Of a DNA stretch of 64,000 bases, positions 27,934 to 38,085 are shown piece after piece. Position 1 is the stretch's first letter, and each line of letters begins with the position of its first letter. A program made the translations under genes and the position numbers. The DNA comes from a virus, in IMG/VR virus record IMGVR_UViG_3300009034_000007, positions 1-64,000 of that record; one strand, written 5' to 3'. Below the pieces are notes generated by a model that worked only from the letters and a program-made list of their open reading frames with translations, had not been told where the DNA came from and did no database searches.

Positions 27934-28970
27934 TCGGCCTCCTTTTCTTCTTTTTCCTCGTTTTCGTCCTGCCCAATTAAAGGCAGAGGTCTAACACCGA
28001 CTACATTATAACACATTTCTATGATTTTGTCAAGTACTTCTTTGTTGGCTTTCAAGTACTCAATAGACTTCAATATACCCTGACCAAGTGTTTCATCCTT
28101 AAAGACTTTGTAAGCCCCTCGGCTCTTTACAATACCCAACGAACCTGCAAATATAATTATATCTCTATAGTAATCTATTCCTTCACCCCAAATTATCGGA
28201 AATTTTGCAGAACGATATGGAATTCCAATCTTGGATTTTTGGATAGAAAAATTAACCATATTACCAATTTTTGTATCATCATTAGTTTTAATATAAGAGG
28301 ATTTAAATAATGAAATACCAATAGAGGAGTAATGTTTTAAAGCATGACCCCCTGGCATTTCATATTCTTTAATGAAACTGCCGATCTTTGCACGTACCTG
28401 ATTCAAGAACAAGAATGCCACCTTGTTTACTCGGACCGCAAACGCATTTCGTTTCAAGAAACGTGTTAATACTCGCGATAAAGGTGCGTAGTGTTGATCT
28501 TCAAAATCAGCTTCAAGTTCTGTATCAGTTACCAATGCTCCAACCGAGTCAAAAATAACTAGATCAATGTCCTTACTACGGACAGCCATTTCTGCAATCT
28601 TGAAAGAATCCTCAGCCACTTCAGGTCTAATTATAATGAAATCTCTAGAGTTTATTCTAGTCTTGCCTAAAATACTAGTTAGCAATACACTATCCAATGT
28701 TTGTTCTATATCTATATATAAAACTTTACCCTTACGATCTAAACATTCCCTGGCAATATGAATTCCTAATGTTGTTTTTCCACTTGACTCTGGTCCCCAT
28801 ATGTGTGAGTATCTAGCCATAGGAATTCCTCCAATGGTTGTTGATACATCCAGAGAAAAAGAGCCTGTAGGAATAACACTCGGAATTTCTGCCGTCGTTT
28901 CTAGCACATCATCACCAAATTCTTTTGTAATTTGTGCTACAATCTCTGATTCAGTTTTTTTCTTTGCCAT
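27930..28970 (-). CDS. recA: RecA/UvsX recombinase
   Basis: PTGS.SLD, GPESSGKTT, FDSVGAL, NQVR, PGG.ALKHYSS. Confidence 0.95.
   Translation of the reverse strand: MAKKKTESEIVAQITKEFGDDVLETTAEIPSVIPTGSFSLDVSTTIGGIPMARYSHIWGPESSGKTTLGIHIARECLDRKGKVLYIDIEQTLDSVLLTSILGKTRINSRDFIIIRPEVAEDSFKIAEMAVRSKDIDLVIFDSVGALVTDTELEADFEDQHYAPLSRVLTRFLKRNAFAVRVNKVAFLFLNQVRAKIGSFIKEYEMPGGHALKHYSSIGISLFKSSYIKTNDDTKIGNMVNFSIQKSKIGIPYRSAKFPIIWGEGIDYYRDIIIFAGSLGIVKSRGAYKVFKDETLGQGILKSIEYLKANKEVLDKIIEMCYNVVGVRPLPLIGQDENEEKEEKEAE
28005..28033 (-). promoter_or_regulatory. consensus sigma70 promoter embedded in recA 3' end
   Basis: TTGACA-N17-TATAAT with extended TG. Confidence 0.7.
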
Positions 28971-28971
28971 A

Positions 28972-30882
28972 TTATTTACTCCAATAAGATGAAACAGTAG
29001 TGTTTACTTTAACAGGTATGCTTCTAATAAATCTCTCACCAGCCTCTATCATCCTGGCTTCCACAAACTTAGCCGCCTCCTCTGAAACGCTCTTGTGCGC
29101 CTCATACACAACTTCGTCATGAACGGTCAAAATAATTCTTAGTAAATCCCCAAAAGGATTTTTATTACTAATATCAATCATGGCTAATTTAATCATGTCC
29201 GCGGATCCGCCTTGGATAATATGATTAAAACCTTCTCGCCAAATTTTAAATTTCTCTTGAATATTATGTGCCTCAAAAAATGGTCTACCATGTAGAGCAG
29301 GTATTCTAAAATAACGCTTACGCCCAAACGGAGTAATAGAATAACCTCGTTTAATTATCTCACTTTTGACAGCTTCAATAAAATACATTAATTGAGGATA
29401 AGTATCACCAAAATCTTTAAGCATCTGCAATCCCTCTGAATGAGGGATACCAAAGTTATAAGCAAGACCTTTGGCTGATGTGCCATATAGAATAGCATAG
29501 TTAGCAGACTTTCCTTTTGTAATAGTATCCAAATCAAGTTCATCAATGGGCATATGAAAAATTCTCGATGCTGTCAACTCATGTAGCTCAATATCATTAA
29601 GGAAGGCATCCCGCATTGTTGGGTCTTGGCTGGCCTCGGCTACAATTCGTAACTCAATTTGTGAGTAGTCTGCTGTGATCAAATCCCATCCTTCGGGTGC
29701 GATAAAACAATTACGATAACCGCCGCCGCGAAGAATGTTTTGAAGATTTGGGTCACGTGACGCAAACCTACCTGAGTTTGTAGCCAGTTGATCAAACGTA
29801 CCAAATATTCTTCCCGTAGCAGGGTCTACTTCCTCAAGAAAATTCTCACCAAACGATGTAACTTTCTTTGTCCACTCTCGATACTCAATCAAAGTCTTGA
29901 CAAATGGATGTTCTCTAAATTCTCGTTTCAAATACTTAGAATTTGTATTATCTACAGGAAGCCCCATCAAAAAAAGCAAACGTTTCATTTGATGTGGGCT
30001 ATTTAGATTCACATTTACCTTGAAAATCTCCATCCATTCTTCCAAAGTTATAGCTTCTTCACACATGCGTTTGTAAGCTACTTTCTTATCCCTACACTTG
30101 ACCAAATAAAAATCCATCATTTCTATAGCATTAGCAAATGACGATTCATTTAGTTTATTGAAATGCTCTGCTATCTTATAAACATCCTCCAACATTAAAC
30201 TGTAGTAGTTCATCTGGTTTTCTTCGGCCAGGATGACCAATTCTTTCCATTTATCCTTATCCAATAGAACGCCATTAAGTTCCATCTCTATGACGACAGG
30301 TAGAAGGTCCATTTCCATATCAAAAATATGAAGTAATCGATTATTCTTTAAATGAATTAGTTGTTCTGCACTAAGATACGCCAAATACTTCACATCATTT
30401 ACTGCGTATTCTAAAATATCATCAGTAACAATGATGTCGGGGTTATCGACAAATGTTTTTCCTGTTTCCTTCTCTAAACTAAAACCATAATACTTATCAA
30501 CCAGCTTTATTAATGAAAGATAATGTGACTCCAGACCATTAGATATAATTACCTCTGCCAACATAGTATCATGGAACTTCGTTGGCAAAAAATCATAATG
30601 ATGCTTTAAGAACTTAAAATCGAACTTCGCGTTATGAGCAACTAGCTTCTTAGACGAGATAACATCTAATAGCTGGTCAATCAACTCCATTGAGAGGTAT
30701 CTAACGTCATAGACGTTTACCCACTCTAGCTCCCCAATACTCAATAGAGTTATTTGATCATTTTTTGAATCTAGACCAGTTGTTTCAATATCTATACCAA
30801 GAACTTCGATATCATCTTTGATTCTTTTTAAGTTGTCAAAAAAAGTATGCTCGCTCGCTATATATGAAACCTCAACTTCCAT
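28972..30882 (-). CDS. polA: family A DNA polymerase with 3'-5' exonuclease
   Basis: DIETTGL, HNAKFD, ADYSQIELR, KSANYAILYG, TVHDE. Confidence 0.95.
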   Translation of the reverse strand: MEVEVSYIASEHTFFDNLKRIKDDIEVLGIDIETTGLDSKNDQITLLSIGELEWVNVYDVRYLSMELIDQLLDVISSKKLVAHNAKFDFKFLKHHYDFLPTKFHDTMLAEVIISNGLESHYLSLIKLVDKYYGFSLEKETGKTFVDNPDIIVTDDILEYAVNDVKYLAYLSAEQLIHLKNNRLLHIFDMEMDLLPVVIEMELNGVLLDKDKWKELVILAEENQMNYYSLMLEDVYKIAEHFNKLNESSFANAIEMMDFYLVKCRDKKVAYKRMCEEAITLEEWMEIFKVNVNLNSPHQMKRLLFLMGLPVDNTNSKYLKREFREHPFVKTLIEYREWTKKVTSFGENFLEEVDPATGRIFGTFDQLATNSGRFASRDPNLQNILRGGGYRNCFIAPEGWDLITADYSQIELRIVAEASQDPTMRDAFLNDIELHELTASRIFHMPIDELDLDTITKGKSANYAILYGTSAKGLAYNFGIPHSEGLQMLKDFGDTYPQLMYFIEAVKSEIIKRGYSITPFGRKRYFRIPALHGRPFFEAHNIQEKFKIWREGFNHIIQGGSADMIKLAMIDISNKNPFGDLLRIILTVHDEVVYEAHKSVSEEAAKFVEARMIEAGERFIRSIPVKVNTTVSSYWSK

Positions 30883-31055
30883 TTGATTCTCCTTTAATGA
30901 ATCTATTTCATTTAATTCATAAGAACTTTATAATACTGAATTAACTTTTACAATTAAGTAGTACTATTAAGTACTTAAACAGAGTGTACTTAATTAAGTA
31001 TTGTTAAAGGAAGAAGAATTTCTCTGAGAAGGAAAGACTTCTACCAACTTGTTAC

Positions 31056-31084
31056 ATTATACCATAAAAACGAGTGTTTGTCAA
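31056..31084 (-). promoter_or_regulatory. sigma70 promoter driving replication arm
   Basis: TTGACA-N17-TATAAT, extended -10 ATGGTATAAT. Confidence 0.85.
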
Positions 31085-31110
31085 TAGAGCAAGTGTTCTA
31101 AATTTGGGGC

Positions 31111-31139
31111 TTGACAAAAACTCAAAAGTATGGTATAAT
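31111..31139 (+). promoter_or_regulatory. divergent sigma70 promoter driving right arm
   Basis: TTGACA-N17-TATAAT, extended -10 ATGGTATAAT. Confidence 0.85.
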
Positions 31140-31160
31140 ATAGCAAGATTGGAGGTAGAT

Positions 31161-31352
31161 ATGACCAACCTAACATTGTTAGACGATCTTAGACGTTATC
31201 TAAAAGTCTTGGAAGATCGGCGTACGTATGATGAAGAAATTGCTGTTACATTGCACCAGCCTGACGTTGAAACTTTTCTGGCTAGAATTGATCTTTTAGA
31301 TAACATTATACCAGAAATTCGGGATATTGTCAAGAGGTATTCGGATGGCTAA
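31161..31352 (+). CDS. hypothetical protein
   Basis: GGAGGT RBS before ATG 31161. Confidence 0.65.
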   Translation: MTNLTLLDDLRRYLKVLEDRRTYDEEIAVTLHQPDVETFLARIDLLDNIIPEIRDIVKRYSDG

Positions 31353-31602
31353 AGTTATACGATGCATTTATTGTGAGAAGCAATTTAAGACTCAAACCGA
31401 GGCTAGGAAATGTAGGGACAGTCACAATCTGCTTTATGTTCCATTTGCACCAGAAGATTTAAATCGAATAGTAAACTATATGTATAATCCTGATATGAGA
31501 ATACTACAAGGTACTCCTATTGTTAGAGTACTTCAACGATACCTGAGGGTAGCTTATGAGAAAGCGCGGAAGACCTCGGAAGAAGATATGTCTAATTTGT
31601 GA
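31345..31602 (+). CDS. zinc-finger protein
   Basis: CIYC.K.F......C...H. Confidence 0.6.
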   Translation: MAKVIRCIYCEKQFKTQTEARKCRDSHNLLYVPFAPEDLNRIVNYMYNPDMRILQGTPIVRVLQRYLRVAYEKARKTSEEDMSNL

Positions 31603-31774
31603 CAAAGAAATCCGAAAAGGACAGCCTCAACGTTTAATCCCTCTTGATAGACCATATGGTAACTTAATAGCCCATCGAAAATGCTGGAATGAATTCGATA
31701 TAATTAAGGCTATAGACGATAAAAAAGATGCAATTTTAAGCGGAAAATATGGAATTTTAACGTTTTTTGATTAA
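31556..31774 (+). CDS. AT-hook plus zinc-finger small protein
   Basis: RKRGRPRKK, CLIC...HRKC. Confidence 0.55.
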   Translation: MRKRGRPRKKICLICDKEIRKGQPQRLIPLDRPYGNLIAHRKCWNEFDIIKAIDDKKDAILSGKYGILTFFD

Positions 31775-31779
31775 AAACG

Positions 31780-31811
31780 CCCATTTTTCTGTCATTTGTG
31801 GTATAATTAAG
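31780..31811 (+). promoter_or_regulatory. putative late promoter, copy 1
   Basis: CCCAT-N4-CTGT-N2-TTT-N-TGGTATAATTAAG, shared with 54045..54076. Confidence 0.65.
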
Positions 31812-31830
31812 TTAAATAATGGAGGATTGC

Positions 31831-32499
31831 GTGAGTAAGACTCGGATGTACGGTCATAACAAGAAACAATTACGAAACCTCAAGCAGTTTGCTGATATGA
31901 CTGATGAGGAGTTTGAGGAATATTGGAATGAACAAGGGGAAGAAGTTTTTATAGATTTACAAGTTATTGATGAGGAGATTGACAAGAAATGGGTGGAGTT
32001 TGAGGAAGATTATGATCTATCTGATCTTAAGATCAATGATAGATTAGTGCTTCGGAATCTCATTCGGGCAATTATATCCCTCGAAGAGCTTGAGAATGAC
32101 TTCTATTTTTTAAGACAACAAATATCAGATGGGAACATTCTCCTTTTAGATAGGCTATCAAAGGTTATGAATAATCTCCGTAAAGATATTTCGGAGATGC
32201 AAAACGATCTGAAACTTACTAGACGAATTCGTAAGGATAGTCAAGAGGAGAATTTTGCTACCTATCTAAATAACATTCAAGAAAAAGCTAGGAAATTTTA
32301 TAAAGAAAAGATGGTGTATGTTTTCTGTCCTAAGTGCCGTATGTTGTTAGCTACAATATGGTTGCTCTACTCAGGAGATGAAACAGCCAATCTTCATTTA
32401 ACCTGTAATCGTGAGAAATGTGGTTACAGTTTCACCACTAACCTAATTAAACTTTATAGTACTGACAATAGAAATTTACAAGATGTAAAATTACCGTAG
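31831..32499 (+). CDS. coiled-coil/zinc-ribbon protein, possible terminase small subunit
   Basis: GGAGG-GTG start; helical core; CPKC..C....C; first gene after the late-type promoter (TerS role inferred). Confidence 0.45.
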   Translation: MSKTRMYGHNKKQLRNLKQFADMTDEEFEEYWNEQGEEVFIDLQVIDEEIDKKWVEFEEDYDLSDLKINDRLVLRNLIRAIISLEELENDFYFLRQQISDGNILLLDRLSKVMNNLRKDISEMQNDLKLTRRIRKDSQEENFATYLNNIQEKARKFYKEKMVYVFCPKCRMLLATIWLLYSGDETANLHLTCNREKCGYSFTTNLIKLYSTDNRNLQDVKLP

Positions 32500-32508
32500 G
32501 AGGTAAAA

Positions 32509-32829
32509 ATGACGCAGAGATTTGAAAATGAAGGCCCTCCAGTTTTACTTTATACTGATTATCTTAGACCTGTAACGGGCCATCATGACGGAACAACCAT
32601 TACATCTGCTACAATATTAACTCCACCCGCAGGAGCAACGAAACTTCTCATGCAAGCTATAGGTCAAGATATACGTTATACACTTGATGGGACTACACCT
32701 ACAGCTACCTGCGGGTTTCAGCTTAAGGCTGATGATCCCCCTCTGTTGATATTGGTTGCTGACGATATGGTTATTACTGTAATTGAAGAAGCCGCTACTG
32801 CTGATATTCAATATCAATGGGGCAAATAA
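32509..32829 (+). CDS. hypothetical (probable virion) protein
   Basis: IRYTLDGTTPTA..G pattern; strong RBS. Confidence 0.55.
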   Translation: MTQRFENEGPPVLLYTDYLRPVTGHHDGTTITSATILTPPAGATKLLMQAIGQDIRYTLDGTTPTATCGFQLKADDPPLLILVADDMVITVIEEAATADIQYQWGK

Positions 32830-32830
32830 A

Positions 32831-33466
32831 ATGTCTTGGATTAAATTTGGTCGTTTAGGTACATTTAGAGTCAAAAAGGGAGGCCAAGATATATACGCCG
32901 CTTACGCGGCTTTTGATTCATTTATCGATGATGATGATACGATTATCACAGCCCATGTGCCAGAGAAGGGTGGTGCATGGATTCAAGGTGGGGCTGGATC
33001 AAACATTACAATTCAAAGTAATGAGGCTGATCTTGATGGCGCTAGTGAGAAGCACGCTTTATTAACTTCGAGTTATCATGTCCAGGCTAATGTAAAGGGA
33101 CAGAGTGCAGGGGCTTATGGTGGAATGGGTCTTCTCTTTCGAGGCGACTCCTCAGTTGGTAATGGTCTGATAGTAGCACTGTGTAAAGGGGCAAAATCTC
33201 AAGATGTACTTGTTACTAGGGTGACTAATTGGGCCAACGTAGCGGGTGGACTTGCTATGTCAGCCGTTACATTACCTGCGGCGGGTACATGGGTTAAGAT
33301 CGAAGTTATTTACACTGATACCCATATAACTGTTAAAATAGACGATGCTACTGCCATCGATAATGTACCAGAAACTACTTATGGAGGACAGACGGAAATT
33401 GGCATTGGTCATTATTTATGGGGTGATACAACTAGTATACAATGGGATGACTTACGTGCATGGTAA
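32831..33466 (+). CDS. beta-sandwich (ConA/lectin-like) probable virion protein
   Basis: Gly-rich beta pattern, W.KIEV...I.VKID, WDDLR terminus. Confidence 0.45.
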   Translation: MSWIKFGRLGTFRVKKGGQDIYAAYAAFDSFIDDDDTIITAHVPEKGGAWIQGGAGSNITIQSNEADLDGASEKHALLTSSYHVQANVKGQSAGAYGGMGLLFRGDSSVGNGLIVALCKGAKSQDVLVTRVTNWANVAGGLAMSAVTLPAAGTWVKIEVIYTDTHITVKIDDATAIDNVPETTYGGQTEIGIGHYLWGDTTSIQWDDLRAW

Positions 33467-33666
33467 TTCGCAAGGGCAAATGTAATCGGTGTGGTAAATG
33501 TTGTGATTATGGGGGTAAATGGCCGTGTGAATATTTAAGATTTGATGGGGATATTGCTATATGTAATATCTATGAAAATCGACCTAAAGTGTGTAGATTA
33601 TATCCACAAAGACTCGAAGATGTGTTTGAAGGGTGCGGATTTTATTTTGAAGAGGAGGGTATATGA
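33460..33666 (+). CDS. YkgJ-like CxxCxxCC metal-cluster protein
   Basis: [28 protein letters not shown]. Confidence 0.8.
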   Translation: MVIRKGKCNRCGKCCDYGGKWPCEYLRFDGDIAICNIYENRPKVCRLYPQRLEDVFEGCGFYFEEEGI

Positions 33667-34721
33667 GTAAGATAGCTTTGATTACTGGTATAACGGGTCA
33701 GGATGGTAGTTATTTAGCTGAGTTACTGCTTCACAAAGGATATGAAGTTCATGGCGTGATGCGTAGGTCTAGTACTTTTAGCACGGAACGTATTGAACAT
33801 ATATTTCCGAAACTAAAGTTACATTATGGTGATCTGTCAGACGGGACCAATTTAGTTAATCTATTAAATAATATTATGCCTGATGAGATTTATCATCTAG
33901 GTGCTATGTCTCATGTCAGAGCATCATTTGATATTCCTGTCTATACTGGCGAAATCACAGGTTTGGGTACGACTAGGCTTCTGGAGGCTATTAGACATAT
34001 TGGATTTCGTCCTCGTTTCTATCAAGCTTCAAGTTCGGAAATGTTTGGGGCTAGTCCTCCACCACAGGATGAAGAAACTCCATTTCGTCCTCAAAGTCCA
34101 TATGCCGTAGCAAAAGTGTATGCTTATTGGACTGCTAGAAACTATCGTGATGGCTATGGATTGTACATTACCAATGGAATATTATTCAATCATGAAAGTC
34201 CACGTAGAGGAAAAACTTTTGTAACTCGAAAGATTACAAGAGCTGTAGCACGAATTAAAGCAGGGTTTCAAAAGGATTTATACTTAGGTAATTTAGATTC
34301 TAAACGCGATTGGGGATATACTCCAGAGTATGTTGAAGCTATGTGGAAAATGGTGCAAGAAGATATTCCAGATGACTATGTACTAGGGACAGGAGAAACT
34401 CATACTGTAAGAGAGTTTGTACGAGAAGCTTTTAGCTACGCCGAATTAGATTGGAAGAAGTATGTAAAGTTTGATAAGCGATATCTGCGACCCACAGAAG
34501 TTGATGTTTTACAGGCTAATCCTACTAAGGCTAAGTATAAGTTAGGTTGGGAGCCTCAAATTAGTTTTTATGATCTTGTGAAAATTATGGTTGACGCTGA
34601 TCTACAAGCCACTGGTCTAAATCCCATAGGTAAAGGTGTGGACATTGTTGATGGGCGATTTAAATTTGGTTGGCATACATGGGATAATAGCGTGACAGCC
34701 TTATTAAGGGAGGCACGATAA
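33663..34721 (+). CDS. gmd: GDP-mannose 4,6-dehydratase
   Basis: [42 protein letters not shown]. Confidence 0.97.
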   Translation: MSKIALITGITGQDGSYLAELLLHKGYEVHGVMRRSSTFSTERIEHIFPKLKLHYGDLSDGTNLVNLLNNIMPDEIYHLGAMSHVRASFDIPVYTGEITGLGTTRLLEAIRHIGFRPRFYQASSSEMFGASPPPQDEETPFRPQSPYAVAKVYAYWTARNYRDGYGLYITNGILFNHESPRRGKTFVTRKITRAVARIKAGFQKDLYLGNLDSKRDWGYTPEYVEAMWKMVQEDIPDDYVLGTGETHTVREFVREAFSYAELDWKKYVKFDKRYLRPTEVDVLQANPTKAKYKLGWEPQISFYDLVKIMVDADLQATGLNPIGKGVDIVDGRFKFGWHTWDNSVTALLREAR

Positions 34722-34722
34722 T

Positions 34723-36663
34723 ATGTGTATCGTTATCTTCGGACATGTCATTTGTATAGAGTGGCCAGTTTTAATTGCTGTTATATCCTTTGTTCTAAGT
34801 GCATGGGGCTACGTAAAAATGAAGTCCCAAAAAGTATTGAATAAAGGTAGTACTATGGTTGGACGGTTGATTGACAGAATAACAGCACCACCTAAGAAAT
34901 TGATTGACAAAATTACCATGCCACTTATTAAGCTAACTGCTTTTTTCCTTTGGCAATGGGAATTCATGCGAAGGCATAAAATACTTAGATGGATATTTTT
35001 AAGTATAGCTATAATCGTAGCCCTAATTTATAAGGCGGCAGGTGGCGAGGCAGTTCTTCAAGTGGCTATGATGGTTTTGCAATTATTGTACGGTCTTGCT
35101 TTCATGTTAATGCAGTTTATTGGACTATTCTGGTTTTTGGCTAAACCGAAAACTATTGAAATTTTACCAATTGATAAAAATGTGACTACGTGGGATGACT
35201 ATTGGGGTCAACCACAAGTAGTTGAACTTATTACACAATGGGGCGAACTTATTAAAGGTCGGAAAGATTTTGATGAAATGGGAGGCGAAGCTGTAAGAGG
35301 TATTCTACTTATTGGTCCTCCAGGAACGGGGAAAACTCATCTTGCTCGATGTATGGCTGGTTCAACTGGTGTAGCATTTTATGGTATGGATGGTTCTGGT
35401 TTTAGAGCTATGTTTTGGGGTGTAGATATTCTTCGTATGATGGCCTTCGTTAATAAAGGAAGGAAATTAGCAAAAGAGTGGGGTGCTTGCTGGCTCTACA
35501 TTGATGAAGTTGACGCTTTAGGTAGTAGAGGAGCACCTGGACAAGCAGGAATGGGCATGTTTGGTGGTCGAATGATGGGACAAGGTGCATTAAATCGACT
35601 ACTAACGGAAATGGATGGTATTACCAAAATTTCTCTTTATGATGAATGTCAAAATAGAATACGTAGAAAGTTAGGTTATTCTGATATTGATCAGGGTACA
35701 GTAATGTTTGTAGCCGCCACAAATCAACCAGATTTACTTGATCCAGCTTTGCGGCGAGCGGGACGTTTCGATAAGACTATTGAAGTCGGTATGCCAGATA
35801 AAGCAAGTCGGCGTGCTGTGATTGAAGGTTATCTCGGTAAAATTCATGTAAAAGCTCAGAAGTGTCCATATTGCGATACTACAATTCTTGACAGAACTTA
35901 TCGTGATCGACGGGGAAATTGTGGAGCGTGTGGTGGTATGCTAACCGATATAGATATAGATGCTCTTGTACAAGATACCGCGGGACGTACGCCAGCCGAT
36001 ATCGAATCTGCTATTGTTTCTGATGCATGTAGATTAGCCTATTTTGATAACCGTAATACTGTCACCTTTATGGATATAGAAAACGCAATCCAGGAACAAA
36101 TGCTTGGGCTTCAAAATCCAATTTCTGATTTTGAACCTGAACAAAGACGTACAGTGGCAATACATGAAGCTGGACATGCACTTGTTCAGCACTTCTTGAT
36201 GGATGATGTTCGTTTAGTAAGAGTATCAATTATTCGTCGTGGTGATTCTTTGGGTTACTTAGACGCAAGAGCCAAAGAAGATATCTATGTTATACCTTTG
36301 GATAAACTTGTACGATCTATTAAAGTGGCTTTGGCTGGACATGTGGCTGTTGCTCTTGTGACTGGTGAAGAGTGGAGTGGTGCATTAAGTGATTTTGCTG
36401 GTATTCACAACAGGCTCATGGCGTTAGCGGCTCATGGTTATTTTGGTGTTTTTCCAATGGGGCCTGAAATTTGGAAAGACCACAAGATGAATGAAAGAAT
36501 TCAAAAGAAGGTGCGGCAATGGATTAATGAAACTTCAGAGTTATTGTATGAACACGGAGAAGCATTGGAAGCGTTAGTTAATGCTCTCTTAGAACATGAG
36601 GATATATCAGGCAAAGACGCTGTGGCTATCATTGAGGCACATGAAAAAGGCGGTGTCGAATGA
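34723..36663 (+). CDS. ftsH: FtsH-like membrane AAA+ zinc metalloprotease (M41)
   Basis: N-terminal TMs, GPPGTGKT, YIDEVD, AATN.PD.LDPAL.R.GRFD, HEAGH. Confidence 0.88.
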   Translation: MCIVIFGHVICIEWPVLIAVISFVLSAWGYVKMKSQKVLNKGSTMVGRLIDRITAPPKKLIDKITMPLIKLTAFFLWQWEFMRRHKILRWIFLSIAIIVALIYKAAGGEAVLQVAMMVLQLLYGLAFMLMQFIGLFWFLAKPKTIEILPIDKNVTTWDDYWGQPQVVELITQWGELIKGRKDFDEMGGEAVRGILLIGPPGTGKTHLARCMAGSTGVAFYGMDGSGFRAMFWGVDILRMMAFVNKGRKLAKEWGACWLYIDEVDALGSRGAPGQAGMGMFGGRMMGQGALNRLLTEMDGITKISLYDECQNRIRRKLGYSDIDQGTVMFVAATNQPDLLDPALRRAGRFDKTIEVGMPDKASRRAVIEGYLGKIHVKAQKCPYCDTTILDRTYRDRRGNCGACGGMLTDIDIDALVQDTAGRTPADIESAIVSDACRLAYFDNRNTVTFMDIENAIQEQMLGLQNPISDFEPEQRRTVAIHEAGHALVQHFLMDDVRLVRVSIIRRGDSLGYLDARAKEDIYVIPLDKLVRSIKVALAGHVAVALVTGEEWSGALSDFAGIHNRLMALAAHGYFGVFPMGPEIWKDHKMNERIQKKVRQWINETSELLYEHGEALEALVNALLEHEDISGKDAVAIIEAHEKGGVE

Positions 36664-37205
36664 GAAAATTTTATTTTTTACGTATAATGTTTATTCTAGT
36701 ATGGGCTATGATTTTTTACTTTGGTTATATAATAGGTGATAAAGTCATGGATAATATAGCGGCTTCTCAGGTTCCAATGATACCACATGAATTATCTACT
36801 GGAATAAATGTTTCTGCTGTTGGTGATGTTGTAGACCCTAGTACAGTGCTTGTCTTTGAAGTTATTTTCAATACAAAGTGTAAAGGATGTGTGTCTCAAT
36901 TGACATTTATGAAAGGAATTCATAATCCACCAGAAATTTTTGTAGTAGGGGTGAACTATGGGGAGAGTGATGAAGCTGTACAAAAACTGGTAAATAAATT
37001 AGATTTAGAATATCCCATCATCACGGGAATTGAAGAAGGCACTTTGAGTGTATCAAGTATTCCATATACCACTGTTTATGTTCCAAATCTCGACACAGGA
37101 CAATGGATGGTATTTGATGAATGGCCTGGATTTACTGGAGGACTTAGTAGTAAGAGTCAAGGTGCGTTAGATCGTTTACATGCTTATTTGGAGGAGCAAA
37201 AATGA
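36660..37205 (+). CDS. membrane-anchored TlpA-like thioredoxin-fold protein
   Basis: N-terminal TM, CKGC, VGVN.GE, IPYT. Confidence 0.7.
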   Translation: MRKFYFLRIMFILVWAMIFYFGYIIGDKVMDNIAASQVPMIPHELSTGINVSAVGDVVDPSTVLVFEVIFNTKCKGCVSQLTFMKGIHNPPEIFVVGVNYGESDEAVQKLVNKLDLEYPIITGIEEGTLSVSSIPYTTVYVPNLDTGQWMVFDEWPGFTGGLSSKSQGALDRLHAYLEEQK

Positions 37206-37849
37206 AAAGATTAAAGGTTTATGTAAGAGCTGTATTGGTTTTACTTATTGCTGGTGTTGTTGGTGTAGGAATTTGGCCTCTGTCACAACCTTGGTTTAAA
37301 TCTGAGTTTCATCAAGACCTTGTAAAATGGGGTGACTCTAATTTCTACGTAGCTGAAGGTCTTGGCTGTGATTATTTTGGTGACGTTTTCCAGGATGCTG
37401 TGGAAAAAGGGGAGCCAGAATTGTGTCTTGACCCTGGATTTATTTATGCCTATGCAGGTGGTTATGATTGGGATGATCCGTTTTTTATGATGGCGTTGAA
37501 GTTTGAAAGAGATCATCCAGAATGGGACATTCTACATATTGAAAGAGAGCCATTTGATATTAGGGCTGAACCAGATGATGAGCTACATAGCGAGGACTTC
37601 CTGATTGTTGTCTTCAATGTAGAAGGGCTAAAGCGACTCGAAATCACGGAGTACATTCAGGAATGGGGAGCCAATCAAAATGATTATGTTATCCTGCTAT
37701 GGGCCGAATACTCCGCACAGAAGGGGTACTGGGTCATGAGATACTACATGGAATATTGGGTTTCTGATGGAGTGTGGTATGAAGCATTCTTGAGCACTCC
37801 TCTGAAGAGTATATTTGCAAAGTGGGTTGGAAATCCCTACGCAGACTAA
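37202..37849 (+). CDS. membrane-anchored hypothetical protein
   Basis: N-terminal TM, acidic/aromatic body. Confidence 0.65.
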   Translation: MKRLKVYVRAVLVLLIAGVVGVGIWPLSQPWFKSEFHQDLVKWGDSNFYVAEGLGCDYFGDVFQDAVEKGEPELCLDPGFIYAYAGGYDWDDPFFMMALKFERDHPEWDILHIEREPFDIRAEPDDELHSEDFLIVVFNVEGLKRLEITEYIQEWGANQNDYVILLWAEYSAQKGYWVMRYYMEYWVSDGVWYEAFLSTPLKSIFAKWVGNPYAD

Positions 37850-38085
37850 TGAAAGTAGGAACAACGAATTGGTTATTTGTTATAGGATTCTTCCTGTCTT
37901 TAATAGGATTCATCCTATTGATAATGGGAATGGGTGGTATGTCGTTGCCAGTTTTGGGTACTGCTGATAACGTAGTAATTTGTGGAATTTTTGTACTGGT
38001 GTATGCTACAATGTTTGTTTGGTCAAGTAATTACGTAATAGTAATTTGCCCCAAATGCGGCTTTAAAGGAGATATAAACGGATGA
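37849..38085 (+). CDS. two-TM membrane protein with C-terminal CPKC
   Basis: Hydrophobic helices, coupled start. Confidence 0.55.
   Translation: MKVGTTNWLFVIGFFLSLIGFILLIMGMGGMSLPVLGTADNVVICGIFVLVYATMFVWSSNYVIVICPKCGFKGDING

Noticed and set aside
3367-30006. Short plus-strand ORFs in the ORF track
   Set aside because: Antisense shadows of well-supported minus-strand genes
31074-31160. Upstream start of the 92-aa ORF
   Set aside because: The region is the divergent promoter pair; the RBS supports ATG 31161
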